A stretch of DNA of 59,923 nt from the IMG/VR virus record IMGVR_UViG_3300020471_000096, positions 1-59,923 of that record, one strand, 5' to 3'. The position numbers were made by a program, and so were the translations under genes. The notes under the pieces were generated by a model. It was not told where the DNA came from. It was given only the letters and a program-made list of their open reading frames with translations, and searched no databases. Shown piece after piece: positions 25,174 to 34,600 of this stretch; position 1 is the first letter of the stretch, and the number at the start of each line of letters is the position of its first letter. The stretch is from a virus. Lineage: Duplodnaviria; Caudoviricetes.

Positions 25174-25866
25174 ATGAAAAGTGATATACCGGAAAAGGTA
25201 GCAGATACCTTGAGAGAAATAGGCATGACACCAAAACAAGCCGGTTGGAATTGTCATGGTACTTACGTGTTACTGCATAAAGCATTGGAAAAAGTTGCTG
25301 TACACAGAAAAATAGTTTTTAAAGAGCCAACAATTTTAGAATGTAATTCTGAAAAAAAAGTCGTCAGTTTACTTGTCACCGGAACTATGGGAGACAAATC
25401 AGAATGGTCTATTGGAGAGGCATCTCCATCCAATAATAAGAATAGCTATCCATATGCCATGGCTGAAAAGAGAGCCAAGGACAGAGTTGTCTTAAAATTA
25501 GTTGGTCTTCATGGCGATGTGTATGCAGAAGATGAGGCAGATGCATTTAAAGAAGAAAGACCGGCTGAAATTAAAGGTGGAACTTTAGACAATGGATCTG
25601 ATGAAGAAGAAAAAACTATAGGTGTTACAGATATTAAAACAGAAAAGGTTCAATATATATCTACAAAAAAAGGTGCTGAAGAGGTTAAAGAGATATTCTT
25701 AACATTTATGCCGGACACCAACATTGATGAACTTAGAAGTTTTAAAAATTCTAATGCAAAGGCTCTAACGGCACTAAAAGAATTTGACCCTAATGTTTTT
25801 GGAGAGGTCTCCAAGGCTTTTATAGAGAGGGCAGATAAACTCAAATCACAACAAAAGGAGAGTTGA
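25174..25866 (+). CDS. Putative single-strand annealing/recombination protein
   Basis: GEASP...AMAEKRAKDRVVLK motif and position between exonuclease and SSB-like gene; function inferred. Confidence 0.55.
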   Translation: MKSDIPEKVADTLREIGMTPKQAGWNCHGTYVLLHKALEKVAVHRKIVFKEPTILECNSEKKVVSLLVTGTMGDKSEWSIGEASPSNNKNSYPYAMAEKRAKDRVVLKLVGLHGDVYAEDEADAFKEERPAEIKGGTLDNGSDEEEKTIGVTDIKTEKVQYISTKKGAEEVKEIFLTFMPDTNIDELRSFKNSNAKALTALKEFDPNVFGEVSKAFIERADKLKSQQKES

Positions 25867-26184
25867 ATGAGTGAAGAAAAAAAAGACTATCCACCTAGTG
25901 GAACTTTGTTTATGAGTAAAAATAAGAGATCTGATAGATCTCCGGATTACACCGGTCAATTTGAATTGTCATACGATGTAATAGAAGACTTAGTAAGGCA
26001 AATGAAAGATGGTGTAAAGAAACCCCAATTTAATATATCCGGTTGGAAAAAATACAGTAACAAAACCGGAACATCATTTTTATCTTTGAGGGCAAACATA
26101 TATGATCCACCTAATAAAGATGAAGAGAAAAAAGAAGAAAAGCCAAAAGAAGACTTTTCTGCACTAGAAGAAATAACATTTTAA
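25867..26184 (+). CDS. Putative ssDNA-binding protein (DUF736-like)
   Basis: SPDYTG, ISGWKK, FLSL and an acidic tail ending in F. Confidence 0.6.
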   Translation: MSEEKKDYPPSGTLFMSKNKRSDRSPDYTGQFELSYDVIEDLVRQMKDGVKKPQFNISGWKKYSNKTGTSFLSLRANIYDPPNKDEEKKEEKPKEDFSALEEITF

Positions 26185-26195
26185 AGGAGATTGTA

Positions 26196-26429
26196 ATGGA
26201 TGATATTTCAACAAAAACAGATGTGCCTAACGTGAGTTTCGAGGCTGTTAAAACATCTATGATGCAAGATAAAAACGGAACTAACATAAGGCTTACCATA
26301 CATCCCAACGATGTTCCGGCTGAGTTACACAAGGATTGGGTTGGCTCTAGGTACATGGTTGTTATGGTTAAGTTAAAAGAAGATGGTACTCCGGATAAGG
26401 GGGATGAAAATGCCACGGAAGAGATCTAA
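26196..26429 (+). CDS. Hypothetical protein
   Basis: AGGAG RBS; IHPND...VGSRYMVV. Confidence 0.75.
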   Translation: MDDISTKTDVPNVSFEAVKTSMMQDKNGTNIRLTIHPNDVPAELHKDWVGSRYMVVMVKLKEDGTPDKGDENATEEI

Positions 26430-26649
26430 AGACGAGATTGTTGAAAATGCTGAGTATATTACACTTGATGGTCTAGCACATATGCTCATGGTTTCAAAAC
26501 AGTCAGTATACAAGATCGTAAATACCAAGGAACGTAACTTTCCCAAGCCATTCCCTCTGATGAAATCTGAAAAAAGAGAAAAGAATATTTGGAGTAAAGA
26601 AGAGGTTAAAAAGTGGCTTGAAGAACAACGTAGTGAAAAAGTTACGTAA
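26410..26649 (+). CDS. AlpA/excisionase-like winged-HTH regulator
   Basis: LAHMLMVSKQSVYK...FPKP...WSKEEVKKWL. Confidence 0.8.
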   Translation: MPRKRSKDEIVENAEYITLDGLAHMLMVSKQSVYKIVNTKERNFPKPFPLMKSEKREKNIWSKEEVKKWLEEQRSEKVT

Positions 26650-26653
26650 AGTT
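26636..26653. repeat. Dispersed TTACGTAA palindrome, copy 5 (degenerate)
   Basis: AAAAAGTTACGTAAAGTT directly before ATG 26654. Confidence 0.6.
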
Positions 26654-27097
26654 ATGCCTAGGAAAAAATACGAATCGGAAGATAACCTAGATAAAGAAAA
26701 AAATGTTTTAAGGCACATGTCAGTAAAATGGGATGTGTCTTATTCTAAGTTACCAATATCCTATAAATTAGATTATGCCATGTACAGAGATGAAAAGCTG
26801 TTGGGTTTTGCTGAAGTGAAATGTAGACAGAACTCGATACATGATTTTTCAACTTACATAATATCTTTGTCTAAGGTAATTAAAGCCAGACGTCTGGCAT
26901 CTGTTACCGGAACAAAATCTGTTTTAATTGTAAGTTGGTCTGATGCTACCGGTTGGATAAATTTCTTTTCAGACTTTGATGTAAAGCAAGGTGGTAGATC
27001 AGATAGAGATGATTGGCAAGATCAAGAGCCGGTTTGCCACTTTGATATTAAGGATTTTAAAATAATTTCACACTCTGATTTGTCGGCAGCCAAATAA
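26654..27097 (+). CDS. PD-(D/E)XK endonuclease-like protein
   Basis: LDY...FAEVKCR catalytic pattern; GGRSDRDDWQDQEP. Confidence 0.7.
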   Translation: MPRKKYESEDNLDKEKNVLRHMSVKWDVSYSKLPISYKLDYAMYRDEKLLGFAEVKCRQNSIHDFSTYIISLSKVIKARRLASVTGTKSVLIVSWSDATGWINFFSDFDVKQGGRSDRDDWQDQEPVCHFDIKDFKIISHSDLSAAK

Positions 27098-27106
27098 AGG
27101 ACAGAC

Positions 27107-27655
27107 ATGAAAATTGATAAAAAAGTAGAAAACATGCCATGCAAAGTAAATGGAGTTAAACAAAATCTCAATGGCTATATTATTTCTTCTATTGGCTATA
27201 CTGAAGAAGAGATATCCAAACAAATTAAACTAAATCACTTGGCAAAGCATTTAAGGGATCTAGCAGACAAGCTAGAGAGTCAAACTAATTTTAACAAAGA
27301 CTTAGATAGTTTCTTGGTTAGAAACTCTTTAGAAATGAATTTGACCCAAAAGAAAGCAAAGAACGATGCAGAAGAAAGATTTAAAAACAAAGCTAGTAAC
27401 AGATTAAATGCTAGGAGAAAAGCTGAGAAAAGGTTGCAAGTTAGTGCTTACAAACAAGAAGTGGGGTGTATGGCTTGTGGATACAAAGACAATCCGGACA
27501 TACTACATTTTCATCACAGAGACCCTAACACCAAGATTGATAATATTTCTAGATTGGTTGGCAAGAACCATTCTATGGAAAAGATAAAAGCAGAAATAGC
27601 TAAATGTGACTTGCTTTGCATTAGCTGTCATCACAAGGAGCATGGACTAAAATGA
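27107..27655 (+). CDS. HNH endonuclease-domain protein
   Basis: CMACG...LHFHHRDP...KCDLLCISCHHKEH. Confidence 0.8.
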   Translation: MKIDKKVENMPCKVNGVKQNLNGYIISSIGYTEEEISKQIKLNHLAKHLRDLADKLESQTNFNKDLDSFLVRNSLEMNLTQKKAKNDAEERFKNKASNRLNARRKAEKRLQVSAYKQEVGCMACGYKDNPDILHFHHRDPNTKIDNISRLVGKNHSMEKIKAEIAKCDLLCISCHHKEHGLK

Positions 27656-27912
27656 AACTAGCAGACGGATACGAAGATGCTTTTGTTGGCACTACCATAA
27701 GTGCCTTCAGTAGGAAACAAGTGGCATTATATGATTATGATAAATGTATAATGATACTCATGAATGATAACAATTGGGATGAAGACGAGGCTATAGAGTG
27801 GTTTAACTTTAACACAATAGGATCTTGGGTAGGAGAAGATACTCCCATATTTGTTAATATGCATAAACTAGATGTCATAAACGATTTCTTGGAAGACGAT
27901 GAAGAAACTTAA
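27652..27912 (+). CDS. Conserved small acidic phage protein
   Basis: ADGYEDAFVG...EAIEWFNFNTIGSWVGEDTP. Confidence 0.8.
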   Translation: MKLADGYEDAFVGTTISAFSRKQVALYDYDKCIMILMNDNNWDEDEAIEWFNFNTIGSWVGEDTPIFVNMHKLDVINDFLEDDEET

Positions 27913-28357
27913 AACCATACCAATGAGTATTCAAGAAGCTAATGAGTTCGTTGCGAACTTTCACAGACATAGTAAACCAACTCAAGGTGGAAAATTTTCT
28001 ATTGGAGCTTCTTTAGATGAATTGCATGGTGTAGCAATTGTGGGTAGACCAATTGCAAGAAGATTAGATGATGGATTTACAGCAGAGGTATTGCGTGTGT
28101 GCGTAAAACCAAATGCCCCAAAAAATACTTGTTCGTTTTTGTATGGAAGATGTTGGAGAATATGGCAACAAATGGGTGGATTAAAAATGATTACATATAC
28201 ATTGCAAAAAGAATCTGGTGCTAGTCTTCGTGGTGTAGGTTGGAAGATAATGGGAGAAACTGGTGGTTGGAAAGAAAACAAAGGTTGGACTACTAGACCG
28301 AATAGAGATTGGTTGCCAATTCATGGACAACTTAAATTTAGATGGGAGATAAAATGA
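27899..28357 (+). CDS. XF1762-family (Mom/GNAT-like) protein
   Basis: ANEFVANFHRH, GVAIVGRPIAR, AEVLR, CSFLYG, ITYT...ESGASLR motifs. Confidence 0.75.
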   Translation: MKKLKTIPMSIQEANEFVANFHRHSKPTQGGKFSIGASLDELHGVAIVGRPIARRLDDGFTAEVLRVCVKPNAPKNTCSFLYGRCWRIWQQMGGLKMITYTLQKESGASLRGVGWKIMGETGGWKENKGWTTRPNRDWLPIHGQLKFRWEIK

Positions 28358-28575
28358 ATAAAGATAATGTAAACAGACCAAGCCACTACAGAAAAGGTAA
28401 AGTAGAATGTATTGATGCGATTAAATCAGCCCTAGGCGAGGGCTACGAGTATTACCTACAAGGAAATATAATTAAATATGTTTGGAGATACAGGCACAAG
28501 CACAAGAATAGTTTAGAAGATTTGATGAAAGCAGAATGGTATCTCAAAGAATTAATAAAAATAAAAAAGAAATGA
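28354..28575 (+). CDS. DUF3310 (T7 gp1.7-like nucleotide kinase) protein
   Basis: VNRPSHY...ECIDAI...GNIIKYVWR...EDLMKAEWYL. Confidence 0.85.
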   Translation: MNKDNVNRPSHYRKGKVECIDAIKSALGEGYEYYLQGNIIKYVWRYRHKHKNSLEDLMKAEWYLKELIKIKKK

Positions 28576-28588
28576 CTATGAAAAGTCG

Positions 28589-28605
28589 TTCCCCGGCACG
28601 GGGAA
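28589..28605. terminator. Hairpin between convergent middle and late operons
   Basis: TTCCCCG-GCA-CGGGGAA. Confidence 0.55.
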
Positions 28606-28613
28606 GCTAGACT

Positions 28614-28633
28614 AAAACTTTACGTAAACTTTT
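28614..28633. repeat. Dispersed TTACGTAA palindrome, copy 6
   Basis: AAAACTTTACGTAAACTTTT preceded by AGACT, as in copy 4. Confidence 0.85.
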
Positions 28634-28695
28634 GCTCTTATACTCCAACAGCTCAACGGATTTAAATATACTAGTAAAAATAAGCTGTACTACTA

Positions 28696-31600
28696 TCATG
28701 CAGTTTGTCTTATGCCCACACTTCTCATTAACTGAATACCTTTTCTCATGATCTCTTGTATTCGTTCTCTACGTAATTTAATAAGTTTTTGTCTGACATC
28801 ATCTGACAGTCGAAGATTTCGTTCTAACTCCTTGATCTGTCTCAACAATCTGTTTCTTGCGTTGTCTAAAGCCTTAAATCTACCATATATGCGTACCTCG
28901 TCATCGTACCTAGCGATAAGTTTACGTATAGTTTCGGGATCACCTCTTCTTCTTGCTAAGTCAATTCTAGAAAATATCGTGTATAGCTCTTTTCTCTTTT
29001 CTAAATAATTTTGTGTATCTACTCTATCTGACGGCTGTTTTATTACTTTTCTAACAAATGGTATTCTGTTTGGTAAGTTACCCTCAAAGTCTCCGGAAGC
29101 TATAGCCGGTATGACATCAAAAACTAGATTAGCTGATCTACCTATAAAAGCACCAGCACCTCCTATTACATACTCATAAAAATATTCTATCGTGTCAGGA
29201 GATATGTCAATCAAACCACTTTCTACTTCATCTCCAAATGTTAAATCATTTATAGTTTGTACTATAAATTTAGATACAGCACCGGTATTTGTCCAATGTG
29301 TATAAGCATCAGGAACATTCGTTGTTGAGTACATAGGCGTTTCTTTGTATATAGGATCGTTTCTGTAATTTTTATTAATATACATTTCTACTGCCGGTTT
29401 AAAAGCAGTTGGTATTACGTATGTTTCAAAGTTCTCTATTGCACCAAAAGGAGATAATGTTTCCATAGTTGTGTCAAAAATACTATTTGCTGCTTGACCA
29501 AAAGTATATTCGCCTCGTGTGTAGCGGCTAAGAGATCTGCCTAAATTAAATGGCATATTAAGTCCATAAGCCAATGGTATTGCTATAAACTTATCTTCCA
29601 TTAAACCAAAAGATGGAAATATTAAATTATGCTCTAAATCATATTCATTTAATTTATCATAAGTTATTGGATCATCATCTTCTGACGGATCGTCTAAAAA
29701 TGCTAATAGTTGATCTTGCAAAAATCCATAAACTATTATGCCACCTAATATTTTTCTTACCTTTTTAGATTTATAAGCCGCATTGTATATAGCCATACTA
29801 CCTTGCAAGGATGCGTTATAAAATAAATACAAAGAGTTCATAAATACTTTATCTTCACCACCTTTGGCAAAGTTTACCGTTACGTTCCTAGCTGCTTCGG
29901 CAGCCCTAGCATCAGTAAATCCTCTTTTTTTCAAATTAGTAAACGTGGCAACACGTACACCATTCTCAATAACAGTATTGTAATCTTCTAAAAACTGTAA
30001 AAGACTTCTTCCTTTTTTTCTAAAGAATCCATTTCTTTTAAATCCTAATGTTTTAGCTTCACTAATATCCATTAACAACTTACTAAGATTCTCCATTTGA
30101 TCTTGCACAGTTCCCATTTGGTTAGTGGCGTTCTTGCCACCTGCCTTTACAAATTTTAAATATTCTTGTGACCAATAACTAGATGTGTCTGGCGTTCTTT
30201 TGCCAAAAGGATTTGCACCAACACCAAAAACTTTTCTAATCCCATTTATAGCACCAGCAACATCTCTAGTTATCTCTTTTGTAATACCTTCTGCATCATG
30301 TTGTTGTATATTTACTAAAGCTGTTTCCAAGTCTTTTGCAAAGTTTGGAATAACGAAAGCTGGGTTGTAAGAAGTATTAACATTAGATAAAAATCTATTT
30401 AATTTAGATAAAGTTCTAAATGCAACATGATGTGTTTTAGGTTCGTAATGATGCTTGAAAGATCTGGACATACTTTCTCTGTAAAAGTTTACGTAAACTT
30501 GTTGACCATTCTCTTTTATTGCAATCTGATGTGGGTCCATAGGTTCTGCTTCAGTTGTTATTTCTGCAAAATTTTGCTGTAAATCTGTAGCCAACGCATC
30601 GTTTATAGCCGTGCTACCATCAGGTTGTTCTTCTTGACCTCTTAATAATCTTAAAAGACTCTGACCTACTTTATTTCTTTCTGATCTATCTATCGCTCTT
30701 TGGTTTTGGGCAATAACTGATGCAAAAATATTTTCTGCATACTTAATACCACGGCCTCTAGCTACTTTGTCCTCTCTTCCTAAAGCGCCAAAGTAATTAG
30801 TTGTTTTACGTAATGTATTTTGTCTATCCTCTTTCATCTCAACATCAATGTCTAAATCACCACGTAAAGGTACATAGTATTTAAATCTAGCACCCTCTTG
30901 ATGCTCATCGTATTCTGCTTTATCTATTAATCCACTTTCATATCTAATATTATTAGTACTATTAACTATTCTTCTAGTTTGTTTATTGATAAATTGAAAA
31001 ATATCTTTATTTGATTGATCTAAACTGTCAAACCAATCTAATATTACATCAGCTTCAGCCTTTGATAATCCTGAACCATTAGGTCTGGCATAGCGATTTG
31101 CTATATCTATATTTCTCTCTTTTGCATGCATAGCGTAAAGATATATATCTGTTAAAGCTAACTTAACATCTATTGAAGAATCTATAGTTTTGTTAACTAA
31201 TCCCTCTCCTTGCTCTTGCGCAGCGGCTCTAGCAGAGGCATTTTTTAATTCTGTTAATTTTTCATCCGAAACTTTTATTTTTTTAATTTCTTCAATAGTT
31301 GGTTTAACTATAGTTTCTTCTAAATCAGTTAATTTATCTCCTATAATACCTGAAGAATTTACTTCTCTTAGATAAGGGTCCATAGCATCAGCTATTGTGT
31401 AGCCTTTATCACGCAACTCATCCATCATTGCGCCAACAGGTTGAAAAGAGTCTTGATATTTTTGCACTATCTTTTGTGCGGCCTGCGCTCTAGTGTTGCC
31501 AAATAAAAATGACTCAGGCACTACTTTAAATGCTTTAGCCAAAACCCCTGCTAAATTATTATATCTTATATTTAACTGAGCCTGTGCAATGTCACGATCA

Positions 31601-34600
31601 TTTTGCTGTGCCTGTCTTTGTCTCTCACTAGAAGGTGTTGCTCTTATTCTTGAGCGTCTAGTCTCAGGTGTTCCGGTAGAGTCTCTTCCAATTCCGCTGT
31701 CATTTCTGGTATTCCTTCCGGATACATAAGGTCTAGGTAGTTCTGTCTCGTAACTGGCATCCCTACTGAATTGAGGTATTGTATTAGGGGGTCTTGCCCA
31801 ACTTGGTTCCGCAAATCCATCTGGCGTAGCATTTATTATCTCCTGTCTTGTTTGATCTAAAGTTAATCCACCATCTACATATGATCTCCATATGTTATTT
31901 ATTCTTTCAACATTTTGTGTTTCATTTTTAAATGTATCAGGAAACAAACCTCTTATAGCTTCCCATGTTATTGATTGCATTTGCCTTGGCAAAATACCTC
32001 TTTGTTCTGCGGCTCTTGCATAGGCATCATATATTAATCCATACATGCCTCTAACACCTGTAACAGAGGAATTAGGTATGATTCCGTATAGGTCCGCTCT
32101 ACCCTTCGCAGTATATAATCCAAAATTTTGATCTACTTCAAAAGATTTACCACTTAAAGGTTTAAAAAATGCTACTGCAACCGCATGCGTATCTATTGTA
32201 GAATGACCGTCTGGAGACATAGGCGTAATTATATTATTAAAAAAACTTCTAACTTTATGCCTGTCACCAAGTAATACAGATACTTGTTGTAAAGAATTGT
32301 CACCACGCAACTCTAATAACTGCATAGCTTTATCTATAGTATTATTAGAACCCCAACCTGTGCCTTTAGGATCGCCTTGAACACCAAATATGGATTCATA
32401 ATTTGATAGCGTCTTTTTTCCTAACTGTGCTTTCGATGGTTTTTTTCTTGCGTAATCTAAAAATTCACCCTCTGGAGTTATTACTCTATGACCTCTGTCA
32501 TTATATGTTTCATCAAATATTCTAACCCAAAGAGCTTTGTGAAAAGAAAACTGTAAACTATCTAGGCTTGTAGAATCTCTATTAGGATTAGATATGTGCT
32601 TTATAGCAGCTTGTATTGCTTTATTTTTACCGTATATCCTCTTTGCTGTTTTTACCATCTCTGGTGTAAAGTCTTTATCACTATGATTTCTAGCGATATC
32701 CATAACCCTTTCAGCTAATGAAACATTCATATACCAATCTTTTTGTGGTGACTGCACTGCCATAACCGCAGCAACTACTTCAGGAGGATAATTATACGTT
32801 TTTGAAAACTTATCTACTATGTTTCTTGCGCCATCGTACCAAAGAGAAGATCTTTCTCTAATTGTAGGATCTATGGAATCATGAACAAATAATATGTTAT
32901 TTGTCATAGCCTGAATGTGATCTTCTATAATTTCTTCATTTGAAAAGTTTACGTAACGTTTTGCATTTTCTGATAAATTATATTTTTTAATTATATCAGC
33001 AGCATTTTTTGCAAGTTTAGAATCATTCTTTATAAGATCTCCATTTATAAATAACAACTCAGCAGATGGATCTGCCTCTCTTGCTTTTGCGGTAGGAAAT
33101 CTTGTGCTAACTGTATGTTCTTGTCCCACAACTCTGGTTCTAGATCTCATGGTTCTTTTTGCATCAACACCACGTTTTTGGTTTATACCATCTTTATATG
33201 CTTGATCATACTTCTTAGCTTGATACGTCTCTGGCACTCTCAACTCATAAAACATAGCCGCCATAGTTCCACGGAAAGGATCATTTATCCAATAACCCGT
33301 AGCGCCAGACTCTTTAATCATCCTTTCTTTAGCAGTAGTTATGTAATTAACACGACCAGTTGGGTCTTTGATATCAGGTCTACTTTTATCTAATTCTGCA
33401 TTTGCTGCATCGTTGAATTTTTCTGGGTCTGCTTCCCAATCATACATACCTTCATACGGTACATCCAATTCGTATATATTATCTCCTAAGTTTTGTTCCG
33501 GATTATAACCATTAGGATCAGATATATTTACAGCAAAATAGCTTCTAGCAGGATATCCCTCAAAAGTTCTTCTCCTCTCTTCTCCCCGCATAAATAAATT
33601 AGACCTTTGTTTTTCTGGGTCTATGCTTTGGAGGCCCTCGATAGGAGAGAAGTGTGTTAGCTTGACTGTCCTTTGCGGAGATAACTCAGGTTCCCTCCTT
33701 TCTTTTGTCGATTCAATCGTGCTTCGTATAACGCTGCGTCTTCCATCTCTTCTTGCATCTCTTCCTCTGTCAGTTGCATCATCTCTTGTTTCACTAAATC
33801 GTTCATCTTCTTGAATTGCTCTTTCATCTACTGCTCCCTCTATATTATTAGCTAATCCCTCTGTTTGCACAAAATCAGACAGTAAAGTTATCTTTTGATC
33901 TGCGTATATTGTTTCTTCAGCTTTATTTTTGCTATTTCTATTATGGTCTCCAACAGCATCACTGTAGTTAAGCCATGAGTTTTGTCCTCTTGTTTCTGTG
34001 GTCATAGCTCTAGCGGCTAACGGGGTATACATACGGCTATGTGCCTGCCAAGCATTTTCTTCACCTCTAGCTGAAAAAGTAGCACCCTCTAATGCGTGAC
34101 CAAAGTAATCATGAACTATTCTAAATAAATCATTATATCGAGCATCACGACCATCAATTATCTCACCAGTTGTCTGTAATAATGGGTTCTCTGCTATATC
34201 TTGGTCCGTTATAGCATCACTGCCAAAACCATCGTCTGTAGCAAAAACCCACATATGATTATTATTGATATCTTCTAATAAATCTTTAGATGCTCTTGGG
34301 TATGGGTTTGCTTGATTTGGCTTAATAAATTCTATTTGTATTCCTGTATCTTTTATAAATAACCATTGATTAAATGTTTCATCAGCCATAGCTTTGTATG
34401 CTTGTATTACCTCTGGATTAGTTGGGTCATGCTTTGCTTCGTCAAAGTCTTTAGCTATTCTTCTAGCTAACTCTTCATTTACTTGCACATACCTATCAGG
34501 CCTTGTATTAGGCATACCTATCGATTGTAAATATCTAGACTTAACAACATGCGCTATAGGTAAGGGTCCTATAGAACCTCTGTGTAAATCTGGTAATCTA

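Noticed and set aside
26410-26649. Evidence of lysogeny from the excisionase-like gene
   Set aside because: No integrase, repressor or att site recognised; AlpA-like HTHs also occur as plain regulators.
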